From IMG/VR virus record IMGVR_UViG_3300036901_000095, positions 1 through 59,277 of that record: a DNA stretch of 59,277 nucleotides, one strand, 5' to 3'. Every line of letters begins with the position of its first letter. Within the stretch, counting starts at the first letter, position 1. This stretch comes from a virus. Lineage: Duplodnaviria > Caudoviricetes. Of this stretch, positions 39,152 to 48,944 are shown piece after piece. A model generated the notes under the pieces. It saw only the letters and a program-made list of their open reading frames with translations. It was not told the DNA's origin and ran no database searches. A program made the position numbers and the translations under genes.

Positions 39152-39442
39152 TCATTTCCTCTTGGCATCGACGATGGCTTGCTCATACATTCCCTGTTTC
39201 ATGATGGCGGGCATGTTCGCCTTCACGTCCTCGGGGATTTCCAACGCGTCTCGCGGAACACCGGCTTGGACGGCTTCCCAGTACCATTCCGCGTATTTTT
39301 TCGTGGTGAGGTCCCATGCTTCCTAGCGCACCTTGGCACCGAACCGGTGACCGCCCAGATGCGCATCAGCGGCAGCGGCGAGCAGGCCAGCCAAGAGAGA
39401 CAGGACGGCGTATTCCTCGGTCATCTCTCGGTCTTCTGGCAT
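39152..39442 (-). pseudogene. ORF interrupted by a single in-frame TAG
   Basis: 39 codons, TAG at 39323-39325, then 56 further sense codons ending in an ATGA overlap with the next gene. Confidence 0.5.
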
Positions 39443-39451
39443 TGCGTGTCG

Positions 39452-39997
39452 TTACTCCCCTGATTTGGCGTGGTGATCGAGCCGCATAGTCGTCCACATT
39501 TCCGCGAAGAATGCCTCCATCTGTCGAACGCTTTCCCCATGCGACACCATCTCGACGTTGAACGTCAAGTCGCCGCGTTTCAACTGAACCAATGGCGCGA
39601 ACAAATCCAGCGTCCCATATTCGCCATGCAGCGGTCGAGGCGGAATGACCGAGTGCGTGATGGTGATGAAGTAGCGGATTCCGTCATCATCGGCGAGTCG
39701 CTTCTGATAGGACCCACGATACCAATCGCCCATCCGGCTCGCCGCGTGCGGATCGCTAATTTGCTTATAACGGGCGGCGAGCAGCGTTTCAACGCTCATC
39801 GGTTCCGGCTTCGCGGCCACCTCATATTCCGCGAGGACTTTCTCCGCGCAATGATCCTCCCAAGTCTTGACATCGAACGCAGTCATGCTCGCCAACGCGT
39901 CGTCTTGCAGAACGACCGTCTTGGCGAACCGCTCATTCAGGATCGCGAGGTCACGAACGCTGTAGCCCTCGGTATTGTCCTTGGTGAAGCGTGTCAT
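39452..39997 (-). CDS. hypothetical protein (DNTEGY family)
   Basis: MTRFTKDNTEGYS; GGAGG RBS. Confidence 0.6.
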   Translation of the reverse strand: MTRFTKDNTEGYSVRDLAILNERFAKTVVLQDDALASMTAFDVKTWEDHCAEKVLAEYEVAAKPEPMSVETLLAARYKQISDPHAASRMGDWYRGSYQKRLADDDGIRYFITITHSVIPPRPLHGEYGTLDLFAPLVQLKRGDLTFNVEMVSHGESVRQMEAFFAEMWTTMRLDHHAKSGE

Positions 39998-40353
39998 CAA
40001 CCCTCCTTGAAATTCTTCCGCCAGTCCTGGCTGACCCACTCCATCCGGTTGAGCCACCCGGTCTCCACTTCGATGTCCCGGTAGCGGCACTCGGTGACGG
40101 GACCGTGCTTGGAGAAGGTGGCGACGATGCTGTCCAGATATTCCTCGCGGATCGCTTCCATTCCGGTGATGGTAAAGTGATACATCATCGTCGAGCCGCC
40201 GTGCATGTTCGGCAAATAGTATTTCTCGCCCCACGCCATCTTCAGGCCCAGACTTGGCGCGTGCAATCCGCCGATGACCCGCTGAAGCTCATCATTGCCA
40301 TTGAGATCGAACGGCAGGCTGCCTTTGACGAAAACTTCCTTCACATTGCTCAT
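39997..40353 (-). CDS. hypothetical protein
   Basis: GAGG RBS before MSNVKE; downstream of a TTGACA early promoter near 40580. Confidence 0.55.
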   Translation of the reverse strand: MSNVKEVFVKGSLPFDLNGNDELQRVIGGLHAPSLGLKMAWGEKYYLPNMHGGSTMMYHFTITGMEAIREEYLDSIVATFSKHGPVTECRYRDIEVETGWLNRMEWVSQDWRKNFKEG

Positions 40354-40661
40354 GCGCCAGCCCTCAGACGCCGCATAGTCGTCCGCGCTCTCTTGCTGGC
40401 TTTCGACGGCAGCTTGAGCCAAGAATTGTGCGTCGCGTTTCCCGAATACAGGAACCATCCACGTCCGGACGGAACGTCGGCGACTGGCAGCCACGCGGCC
40501 AACAGGCCAGGGAAGCGAACGGATTTCATAACCATGTCCTTACGCGATTGCATGACACAGGAATACCATGGAATCGGGTTTTGTCAAGATTCTCAGGGAG
40601 AGAAATGTTTGAATAGATGGATGGCCGATAAATAAGCCAATGAATGAACCGAGGTCGTCCA

Positions 40662-41438
40662 ATGGACTTTAAACAGTATATCACGGAATCGCAAAAGCAG
40701 TATCATCTTCGTCTTAAAACCATTGTTCCATTGGACGATGAGGCGATGGACAAGATCGAAATGATGGTCGCCAAATATCAGCCCATCACGATCTCCCGGC
40801 CAAAGAAGACGATGATGCAACGCCAGCCGCTGGATTTCCCCAACGTGGATCATGCCGAGGTCTACATCCTCGACATGACCTTCGCGCTACCCATCGCGCC
40901 ACATATCCTGCGCGCCGACATGCGCAAGGTGCTCGACGCCCCGGAGAATTACGTGTTCGTCCGTACCCGCAGTGAGCCAGGTGAAATCCAGACCCAAATC
41001 CTCAACGCCATCAGCGACATCACCGCCGAAGCCGAGACCAAGGGCTTCACTGTCGTGGCCATGCTCGATGACCCTGACTACAATGAAGGTCTGACGTTTC
41101 CCAATATGTATGGCACGGACTACAATGAATCCCTGTTGGGATATCTTGGTCAGGTCGAGCAGGATCGCAAGGACGCCATCGCGCGCATTCCGACGAGTTA
41201 TTTCAACTGGCTCGATCTGCCGGATCGCAAGGATCAGGAGCCGGTGCAAGATGACGCGAATTATAATGCCGACATCGAGGGCGCTCCCTACAATGGGAAG
41301 TCATCGCCCAAGAAACTGGAAGTTGACTTCAGTATATTTGGCAATTTCGATCCGGAGAGCGGAGAAATTCGTCGGACGTACAAGGACAAAAGTGGTAAGA
41401 AGGTCGTATTGACCCGCAAGTTGAAGGACGCAGAATAA
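40662..41438 (+). CDS. putative internal head protein
   Basis: MDFKQYITE resembles the T4 capsid-targeting sequence; GATAAATA promoter. Confidence 0.6.
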   Translation: MDFKQYITESQKQYHLRLKTIVPLDDEAMDKIEMMVAKYQPITISRPKKTMMQRQPLDFPNVDHAEVYILDMTFALPIAPHILRADMRKVLDAPENYVFVRTRSEPGEIQTQILNAISDITAEAETKGFTVVAMLDDPDYNEGLTFPNMYGTDYNESLLGYLGQVEQDRKDAIARIPTSYFNWLDLPDRKDQEPVQDDANYNADIEGAPYNGKSSPKKLEVDFSIFGNFDPESGEIRRTYKDKSGKKVVLTRKLKDAE

Positions 41439-42508
41439 TGTCAGAAGCCAAGATTTTACAGTTTCCAAAAACCATGAGAACGTACATGACGCTCCTGGAA
41501 CAAGCCGACGCCGATGACATGTATGGTGATTCCCGGATGACGAGCATTGGTCCGAAGCATGGCGAGGCGTTCACCGATCATGGCAGGGCGGATACCAAAT
41601 CGCGTCCCAACGATCCGCGTTTCGCCGACAATCCGATGACGATTGATGAATTCGCCGAATCAGAAATCGCCCCGGAATTGGATCGCATTCATCAAGCATT
41701 GAACAAGGCGGGCTATTCCGATCTCGAAATCCGCCAGGGCGTGGAACTGACGCATGAGGGCAAGACGAAGATCGCCGCCGCTCTCGGCATCTCCACCGAG
41801 GAAGTCGATCTTTACGTCAATTCCCTGATCCAGAATCTCGAAGACGAGAGCAACACCGACACCGACGCGTTGTTGAGTGATTACTACGGTGGCATGTCGG
41901 AAGGCGCGGATGCGCCGATCTGGGCGGGACCGATCCGGCCAATCGTCAGCCCAATCGTTGAAAAGAAAAACTGGGCGTTCGATGATGATGACGAGCAAGA
42001 GGACAAGAAATCCGCCAAGGCGCGCGATAAGCAAAAGAAAGATGCCCGTCGCGAGAAGGATTCAAAAAAAAAATCAGTGACTGAGAGATTCTCCGCCGAG
42101 CCCGACAGTCTTGGCAATGTCACGATCAGGGATCAACAGACCGGCAAGGAAAAATTCATTCAGGGGTCTCAGGCATCCGAAATTCTCGACAAACTCGATG
42201 GTGGTGATCCGGATCAGGTGTTGGCTCCGCTGATGGAATACGCCAACCTGAATGCCGAGGACGATGAACCCGATTCATCTGGTTTCGCCGATGAGATAAA
42301 CGCCGAGGCCGGTTCGTACAATTTCCCGTGGGACTACGCGACGAAGCATGGCACCGGAACCGTGTTTTATTCGCTGAAGAACAAGCGTCCCGATTTCAAG
42401 ATGGTCAGTGTCAGGACCGATGCCGGTGATGACATTCTCGACACGCTTGACAGTGGAGAATATAAGAATATTCTCGGTCAGGCGAAAAAGTTCATCGAGC
42501 AAGCCTGA
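41438..42508 (+). CDS. acidic putative head/core protein
   Basis: MRTYMTLLE; repeated hydrophobic-x-E motifs (LLE, MSE, IVE, VTE, LME). Confidence 0.55.
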   Translation: MSEAKILQFPKTMRTYMTLLEQADADDMYGDSRMTSIGPKHGEAFTDHGRADTKSRPNDPRFADNPMTIDEFAESEIAPELDRIHQALNKAGYSDLEIRQGVELTHEGKTKIAAALGISTEEVDLYVNSLIQNLEDESNTDTDALLSDYYGGMSEGADAPIWAGPIRPIVSPIVEKKNWAFDDDDEQEDKKSAKARDKQKKDARREKDSKKKSVTERFSAEPDSLGNVTIRDQQTGKEKFIQGSQASEILDKLDGGDPDQVLAPLMEYANLNAEDDEPDSSGFADEINAEAGSYNFPWDYATKHGTGTVFYSLKNKRPDFKMVSVRTDAGDDILDTLDSGEYKNILGQAKKFIEQA

Positions 42509-42987
42509 TGGAAATTAGTGAGTTGTTTGAGAGCGACGAGGAGCACTTTGCAGCATTATCTCGTACGGGGTTCTTTGGAAAACGAGGCGCTGGTTGCATC
42601 ATTTTCGCTGAGGACACCAAACGATTTCTGCTCGCGCATCGATCAGAAGCCGTGGAGCAATCTGGCACCTGGGGAACCTTTGGTGGCGCGATAGATGCCA
42701 AAGAAAATCCCCAGGAGGCGGCGAAGCGCGAGGTTCATGAAGAAGCCGGTTACGCCGGTCCATTGAGACTTGTACCGTTATTCGTCTTCAAATCCAATAC
42801 ATTCAGATATTTCAACTTTCTGGCTATCGTCCAGACGGAATTCACGCCACGTCTGAACTGGGAATCCCAGGGCTTCGAATGGTGTGAGTTCGGCAAATGG
42901 CCTTCACCATTGCACTTTGGGGTAAAATCTGTGCTGAGTGATCCTGTCAGTGTACGCACGATGACGGAACTTTCACGACCGGAGTGA
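42508..42987 (+). CDS. NUDIX hydrolase
   Basis: Nudix box GGAIDAKENPQEAAKREVHEEAG; N-terminus MEISELFE. Confidence 0.9.
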   Translation: MEISELFESDEEHFAALSRTGFFGKRGAGCIIFAEDTKRFLLAHRSEAVEQSGTWGTFGGAIDAKENPQEAAKREVHEEAGYAGPLRLVPLFVFKSNTFRYFNFLAIVQTEFTPRLNWESQGFEWCEFGKWPSPLHFGVKSVLSDPVSVRTMTELSRPE

Positions 42988-44066
42988 AATCATGTCCGAG
43001 CCACCGACCAATATTTTACGCGCGGCCCGTTTCGCGGATATCGAGCACAGATTGCTCGAACTTGGTATCATGCCATCCCATCTGGTTGAGTACGTTCGGT
43101 TGGCGGAATACACGAAGCTGGCTGGCGACGATTCAAACGCGTCCGTGCTCATCGCAGATCGCCGCATGCGCGTTGCCCAGGCCGTGCTGAACGGAGAGAT
43201 CGATGAATGCCTGCCGATGATGATCAGGTTCCTCGATATCAACCTCCTCTATCCCGATGATAGCAAGGCATGAACCCGCTCAAGGGCACCGTTGAATCCC
43301 ATTTCGCTCAGATCGAGCAGGCCGCTTTGGCGTGCATGGCGAAGGTTTCATTCACGCCCGCCGAGCTTCTCGGTCTGATCGGCATGGCGCTGGTCGCCGG
43401 GATCGTGATCGGTGCTTTTGGAGCGATGCTATGGGGACGGCGTCAGTCGAGAAATTGACAATTCATGCGTCGCGGATGCCAAAAAATCTCCAAGGTTTCG
43501 GTTCATCCTTGCCGACGAAGCATGCGACGGCTCCTTCGTAATGCCGTCCCTTGGTATCATACGCCTTATTGCAAATTCGAAACGATGGATAGACGGATTT
43601 GTACCATGCGATGACTTCAGCCTGTGAATAACGCATGCCGTAAACTTCATATCCACGATCCGAGACGTTCGTGAAAAACTCTTCACCTTCTCGTAAATCC
43701 GGATGGGGAACCTTGTCTTCCTCTGGTTCCAACCTGAAAAGTTTCTCCATTCGATCTGTGTGAAAGACGTGAATGCGTGAAAAAAAGGACGCCACCGTGT
43801 GGTGCCCCTCAAGAGCCTCGCTATGCTGGTCTGGATCAAAAGGATCAAAAGCGTCTGTCATCAGATGACGCCCGCGCCATAAAGCCATGCGATACCGAAC
43901 GCCGACCCGAACACGATCACGATGGTCCATTCCCTTCGTCCAAATCGCATCATGGTTCTCCTTGTGGCGACGGCCAGAGTGGGTGCTCTGGCACGGCCCG
44001 ACCCACGAGCCTCGCCGCCACACTCTCAGATATCATCGTTCCGATTTTTGTCAAGTTCTGGGCGGT

Positions 44067-44867
44067 TTAATCGCTCAACAATGGCAACAACGCCGACACG
44101 ATGCTGACATAGAGCCGGTCCTTGGTCTTTTCCAACAGTGGCAATTCGGCGAATGGAATCATGGCCGGATGAGTTTTCAAGAGCGAATCCTTGGCACTGC
44201 CGTATCGCCATCCGGCCCGATGCATGGTCAGCATCCAATCGGTGTGGATTTCCTCATCGGTTCGTTTTGGATTGGCGATGTGCAACCGGACGCCTTCCTC
44301 GAACAGCAGCCGGTCATCGGCGGACACGTCCTCCCACGGTCGCGCGATGGAGCCGGTGAGGAGATCGAGCCGCATATTGGCCTCGTAGGCGATCCTGGTG
44401 ATGTCTTCGGTGCTCAGTCGCGCCGTGGTGGCCTCGCCACGCAAGGCGTCCATCATCGCTTCTGGGGTGATCCCAAGGCAGGGGAACCGCATCTCGAAGC
44501 GAATGACATCGGCGGGACGTTTCAACAGGATGCCGAAATGACTGCCATCCTCCGGGACCGGCAACTGTGGTCGGTCGGTATGCACGTTGCCATTGCCGAC
44601 CCACGACCATTTGCCAATCGTGATCCGTTCATTGTACAGCCATTCGACGATCTCGGTCTCGAATTCCAGTGCCGATGCCCACGGTTGTTTACCAGGCGTC
44701 ATGTCGGCGCGCAGCGCGTACCAGCCATCGCGGAAGCCGAGAAATTCAAACTGGAACGCGGGTTTCTCCTCGACGATGACGGTTGCTCTGACCCGTCTGC
44801 GCGTGACGGTTCTTGGAGCTTTCCTCGCCGCTTTCTTTCGCGACGCTCGTTTGACCGGAGGTCTCAT
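44067..44867 (-). CDS. RyR-domain protein
   Basis: HTDWM......GWRYG..KD...KTHP.MIPF.ELP..EK.KD. Confidence 0.8.
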   Translation of the reverse strand: MRPPVKRASRKKAARKAPRTVTRRRVRATVIVEEKPAFQFEFLGFRDGWYALRADMTPGKQPWASALEFETEIVEWLYNERITIGKWSWVGNGNVHTDRPQLPVPEDGSHFGILLKRPADVIRFEMRFPCLGITPEAMMDALRGEATTARLSTEDITRIAYEANMRLDLLTGSIARPWEDVSADDRLLFEEGVRLHIANPKRTDEEIHTDWMLTMHRAGWRYGSAKDSLLKTHPAMIPFAELPLLEKTKDRLYVSIVSALLPLLSD

Positions 44868-45610
44868 CCAGCGACTCGTTTGAGATTGGCTCGCGCCGAA
44901 TCCTCGAAGATTCTGTGCAGCGCCGGATGCCGATAGATCACCGGGCTCTGGTCCAACTTGGCAAGGAACGCCTTACGACCCGTGTCCCATTCTTCATGGG
45001 TCAGATGCGAATATTCGGCGCGCAGCATGTAGCCGCCCTGGTCGAACAGATAGTCTGGCGCGGCCAGCGGGATCAGATCGAGGCCGAGAAACCAGTGCAT
45101 GAGAATTTCGTTCGGCAGCAGCATGCGCGGATCAGCGCCGAGATGATCTGCGGTCGCCGTGATGAAACTACCGACATGCGCGATGTGGTTCGCATTCAGT
45201 CCATGCACGAGCAAGTCAGACTGTAGGTCACCAGAATATCGCTCGACATGCAGGTACCACCACTCAGCCGATTGCTGTTCGCTCCAACCATGCGATAGCT
45301 GCGATTGCGTGGGGTCGTAAATCACGTCATGGCAGGCAATCGCGTTCGCCATCATCTTATGAACATGCAACGCATCCCAGCCCATCGAGCCATCAGGGTC
45401 TTTCAGAAGATCATCTTTGAGCGCGACATGGCAATGCCACAGAAACGCGAGGTGGTTGATGCCATGATACGTGCGATTGTTCATGTAATGATCGCGAAGC
45501 TCGATTTTTGATTCCGACGACAGTTGAGTGAATGACATGAGTTCATCGAAATACCTGAACGCGTCACCGGGTTGTGAGCAAAAATTGACGTATGTTTCTG
45601 GGTCTTCCAT
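44864..45610 (-). CDS. HD-superfamily metal-dependent phosphohydrolase
   Basis: RTYH...HL, CHDVIYDP, SEQQSA, TADH, LDL..LA, RAEY. Confidence 0.8.
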   Translation of the reverse strand: MEDPETYVNFCSQPGDAFRYFDELMSFTQLSSESKIELRDHYMNNRTYHGINHLAFLWHCHVALKDDLLKDPDGSMGWDALHVHKMMANAIACHDVIYDPTQSQLSHGWSEQQSAEWWYLHVERYSGDLQSDLLVHGLNANHIAHVGSFITATADHLGADPRMLLPNEILMHWFLGLDLIPLAAPDYLFDQGGYMLRAEYSHLTHEEWDTGRKAFLAKLDQSPVIYRHPALHRIFEDSARANLKRVAG

Positions 45611-45760
45611 GGAAATGTTCTCCTACGGAACATACTATACCAAAACTGATAGTAGTCAAGCCATTCGGGCGTCAGGTGTCTTCTAAGGAACCACGAGCCA
45701 GCCATGCCGAGATAACAAATCATAAATAGATTAGAAAATATATTTCTAATCGGAGAATTT

Positions 45761-46174
45761 ATGATTTGTTCATCATGTGAAAAAGACCTAAACGAAACTG
45801 AGTTCTACATAAAAAAGGAAAAAGGAAAGGAAAAAATTGGACACCAAAGCTATTGTAAAAAATGCTTTAATAAATTCTGTGTAGAGAGATGGGTAAAAAG
45901 AAAAAAGGATGCCATTGAGTATAAAGGCGGAAAGTGCGAATTATGCGGGTACAAAAAGTACTATGGTGCATTGGTTTTTCACCATGTTGATCCGATGCAA
46001 AAAGATTTTGAATGGACTCATCTTCGGAAAAAAAGCTGGGATAAAATAAAAGCAGAATTGGATAAATGTATGATGCTATGTTCCAATTGTCACTCAGAAA
46101 TACACGCCAAGGACGCGACAGGTTTCGACATCGAGGCGGGTATGGCGTTGCCGACAGGTCTCGAACCTGCATAA
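45761..46174 (+). CDS. HNH homing endonuclease (Zn-finger type)
   Basis: CSSC, YCKKC, KGGKCELCGY, FHHVDP, KCMMLCSNCHSEIH; AT-rich; CATAAATA at 45721. Confidence 0.88.
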   Translation: MICSSCEKDLNETEFYIKKEKGKEKIGHQSYCKKCFNKFCVERWVKRKKDAIEYKGGKCELCGYKKYYGALVFHHVDPMQKDFEWTHLRKKSWDKIKAELDKCMMLCSNCHSEIHAKDATGFDIEAGMALPTGLEPA

Positions 46175-46221
46175 AAAGCCGGATTAGAACTCCGGTGCCT
46201 CTCCAATTAGGCTACGGCAAC
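46143..46221 (-). tRNA. tRNA-Arg(TCT)
   Basis: GTTGCCG/CGGCAAC acceptor, CCGGA-GTTCTAA-TCCGG, A20, G73, encoded CCA; own TTGACA-N17-TAGGTT promoter. Confidence 0.85.
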
Positions 46222-46333
46222 ACAACTTCAACCTACGTCATTTCACAAGAACTGTCAACATCCGAGAGGCTAAATAAACGGGTAAATTTTCGCCAACTTC
46301 TGTATAGTGATCAAAACATAGTGAGAAGTTCAT

Positions 46334-46888
46334 ATGATCGAGAACGAAGAAAAAATCGTCCTGAGATACTCGCCTGAACTCGAACACGACCTGATAACCA
46401 AATATGGTTGGCATGACATCAGGCAAGGCTACTTCAACAGCAATAACCGAATTCGCGAGATCACCCATCAGTCTGGTCGTATGAACCATGTTTTCTCATT
46501 CAAGCAGCGGCTGCCAAACGGGCATAACATCGAGATCGAATCAGATGAGATCACCAAACAGGACTTTGACCATATCTGGCAGTTTACCGAGAACCGGCTG
46601 ATCAAGCGGCGGGTCACATGCTTCATCACCATCGACGATCCGAAAAATCATGAGGGACATTCGGCGATCCGGTGGGACATTGACTTTCCACAATGGGAGA
46701 GCGGCGTAAAGCATTTCGGCATGGCGGAGGTGGAAATGCCGGTCTACATGGAGAAGCCGCCATTCATTCTCGCGGATATCGCGCCTCACGTAGTCTATGA
46801 AGTGCCGCGATCCGACAACCGATTCTCAGCCAAGAAGCTCAGTGACGAAAAACATGCCAGGAAAATGGCGAAAGAGCTTAGCTTATGA
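46334..46888 (+). CDS. CYTH (triphosphate tunnel metalloenzyme) domain protein
   Basis: IENEEK, IRQGY, RIRE, IEIE, KRR, WDIDF, AEVEM. Confidence 0.8.
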   Translation: MIENEEKIVLRYSPELEHDLITKYGWHDIRQGYFNSNNRIREITHQSGRMNHVFSFKQRLPNGHNIEIESDEITKQDFDHIWQFTENRLIKRRVTCFITIDDPKNHEGHSAIRWDIDFPQWESGVKHFGMAEVEMPVYMEKPPFILADIAPHVVYEVPRSDNRFSAKKLSDEKHARKMAKELSL

Positions 46889-47383
46889 TGGCCCTTCCTC
46901 ATCGTCATATTCTTCATCCGCCGAATAATGTTCTTCTTCTTCGAGATCGGCTTCGGTCAGGGTGCGCACGTAGCGAAAATCCTGCCCGAGCGTTAGATGA
47001 GTTCGAGTCGTCAGCAATACATGGCTGTCGGCGCTCACCGCGTCTCGATCCATGATCTGATTGTCCTCCACCAGCACATCGGTATCGAGGCAGTTTATCT
47101 CGATGACATAGGCCAGTGCCGCACGGCCATAATCATGCACCAGTTGGGTGAACCAGAACTCCACGTCTCCGGTCACATGCAGGCCATAGACGCCAACGAC
47201 ATTTGGGCCGAGGCCGACCTGATCGAGTTCGCCGGTCTCGATCACGTTTTCTTTCTCCCAGACCACCCGTTCACAGGTGCCCAGATCGGTATAAATGTCG
47301 GTTGCTCGATCATCCGCCACGTCGATGGGCAGAATGGGTCGTTCGCTCTCACATAAGCGCATCCAACGTCGGAGTTCATGCAT
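46883..47383 (-). CDS. acidic late protein, putative internal head protein
   Basis: MHELRRWMRLCE; TAAATA 4 nt before ATG. Confidence 0.55.
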   Translation of the reverse strand: MHELRRWMRLCESERPILPIDVADDRATDIYTDLGTCERVVWEKENVIETGELDQVGLGPNVVGVYGLHVTGDVEFWFTQLVHDYGRAALAYVIEINCLDTDVLVEDNQIMDRDAVSADSHVLLTTRTHLTLGQDFRYVRTLTEADLEEEEHYSADEEYDDEEGPS

Positions 47384-47599
47384 CCATTATTTACTTTTTC
47401 ATGGAACTATCGCGAAAAAATCCCTGATTGACCTGAAATTATCAGTGGATTAGACTGATCGTCTGAACTCAGGAGGACGGTGTCATGAAAGTCCTAGAAA
47501 CAGGTGACGGCGACGTGAGTGATAAGGCGATACCGAAAACCACCCCACGATATTTTGTTCCGCTAACCTCTGCTGGCACCATTTTTTCTTCCTCCATCG

Positions 47600-48142
47600 T
47601 TGACGACAACGATTACCCCAATCCAAGCGTTCCAGGCGGTCTCAGAACTTTCCTGCTTGGCGATGTGCCCGATGATCCCGCCACCTAAGCTGCGGGTCCC
47701 CTACGAGGATGGCAGTGGGTATCTTGAGATCAATCCATTCGACATCGATTATAGCGAGCAGATATTCACGCACATCAACCACGATGATGGCGTGCAACGT
47801 CATTACTACATCAACAAGTTGTATGAGATGGCCGTCGCTGATCCGGTGGGGTTCCCGCTGCAAAACATAGAACTGGAGGCGTCGGTCGCCTCTCACATTT
47901 CGCGCACCAAGGGTATCGACAGAAAACATGTCAAGAACATGTCGCCAAAACGAGCCATGGAACCTGGTCTGATATTGCTGTTTGATGAACAGTTGCTCAC
48001 CGTCATCGACGGCAACCATCGCTATCTGAAACGACTGAGCATGGGACGCACCCACATGCGTTTCTACGTGTTCACCGAGGCGGAAGCCAGACCGGCGAAA
48101 CTGATCCTGCCGGATGCGTTTGGAAGACATATAGTCAAATAA
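47600..48142 (+). CDS. ParB/Srx-like domain protein (start uncertain)
   Basis: PGLIL...VIDGNHRY. Confidence 0.6.
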   Translation: MTTTITPIQAFQAVSELSCLAMCPMIPPPKLRVPYEDGSGYLEINPFDIDYSEQIFTHINHDDGVQRHYYINKLYEMAVADPVGFPLQNIELEASVASHISRTKGIDRKHVKNMSPKRAMEPGLILLFDEQLLTVIDGNHRYLKRLSMGRTHMRFYVFTEAEARPAKLILPDAFGRHIVK

Positions 48143-48145
48143 ATT

Positions 48146-48236
48146 TGGCGCAACCGGTGGGACTCGAACCCACAACGGCCTTTCGGCACCCTCCAGCTTC
48201 GGAGGCTGGCGCTCTGTCCATTTGAGCTACGGCTAC
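48146..48236 (-). tRNA. tRNA-Arg(CCG) with long variable arm
   Basis: GTAGCCG/CGGTTGC; CCAGC-CTCCGAA-GCTGG; 19-nt variable region; GTGGG-TTCGAGT-CCCAC; CCA. Confidence 0.85.
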
Positions 48237-48613
48237 GTCATCAAACCTCTGGCGATGGCGGCATGTCTGGCGATGGTCAGTTCAAGATCACCTTCGTGGC
48301 TCAGCGGCATTCCACTTTTATAGGCGTCCGGACGGTCACTCCATCGTGCGAGAACGGTGGAACCAACGCCACCTCGCGGACAGTAGTAGAGGTCAAAATT
48401 GTCGTGGTGACCGAGGAACACGCATTGTGGGCAATCGTTGGCGTACCGTGGTGAAATCATCACCTTCTCCATGGCGACTTTCATATCATTCAAGACCGCC
48501 CGCATGTCATCGTCAAGTTTCTGCCGGTCGGATCGCGGATCGAGAGGCGGACTGACCGGAAACCAGTTGAACGCCTGCGCCGCGCCTCTGAGGAAATCTC
48601 GCCATTTGGTCAT
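48233..48613 (-). CDS. hypothetical protein between tRNA genes
   Basis: DCPQCVFLG...DLYYC...TVLARW motif. Confidence 0.6.
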   Translation of the reverse strand: MTKWRDFLRGAAQAFNWFPVSPPLDPRSDRQKLDDDMRAVLNDMKVAMEKVMISPRYANDCPQCVFLGHHDNFDLYYCPRGGVGSTVLARWSDRPDAYKSGMPLSHEGDLELTIARHAAIARGLMT

Positions 48614-48617
48614 TGGT

Positions 48618-48693
48618 TGGTGCCAGTTGCAGGGATCGAACCCACGACATCCCCATTACGGGTGGGGTGCTCTACCAACTGAGCTAAACTGGC
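48618..48693 (-). tRNA. tRNA-Thr(CGT)
   Basis: GCCAGTT/AACTGGC; CCCCA-CCCGTAA-TGGGG; A73; CCA. Confidence 0.88.
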
Positions 48694-48745
48694 CATGAAC
48701 CCAAAATTGTTCGATGATTTAAGTTGAAAAGGGATGGATACGATT

Positions 48746-48822
48746 TGGGGTCCTCGGAGAGATTTGAACTCCCAGCCTTGGCGTCCGTAGCGCCACGCTC
48801 TGTCCAGTTGAGCTACGAGGAC
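48746..48822 (-). tRNA. tRNA-Arg(ACG)
   Basis: GTCCTCG/CGAGGAC; TGGCG-CTACGGA-CGCCA; A20; CCA. Confidence 0.9.
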
Positions 48823-48861
48823 ATGCCAGAAACGGCGATTCCTCACAGATGAGAATGCCCC

Positions 48862-48939
48862 TTAAAGCGTGATTCTCCTCGACCGTCGTCGGATGACGAC
48901 AGGAACGATGGGACCAAATGAGGAAGCAGACATAGACAT
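48862..48939 (-). CDS. putative leader peptide MSMSASSFGPIVPVVIRRRSRRITL
   Basis: ATG at the predicted +1; run of rare Arg codons; 39 nt upstream of tRNA-Arg(ACG). Confidence 0.5.
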   Translation of the reverse strand: MSMSASSFGPIVPVVIRRRSRRITL

Positions 48940-48944
48940 GATCG

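Noticed and set aside
43887-44936. Long + strand ORF (349 aa) and similar antisense ORFs (35233-36297, 34396-35211, 54414-55163)
   Set aside because: These are shadow frames of well-supported opposite-strand genes, with no motifs of their own.
46111-46140. tmRNA 5' end (GGACGCGACAGGTTTCGAC)
   Set aside because: It lies within the HNH coding frame with no matching 3' acceptor half; better explained as a partial copy of the tRNA T-arm.
46143-46221. Amber suppressor tRNA (TTCTAA loop contains CTA)
   Set aside because: The 5-bp stem CCGGA/TCCGG fixes a 7-nt loop GTTCTAA with TCT at positions 34-36; A20 and G73 fit Arg.
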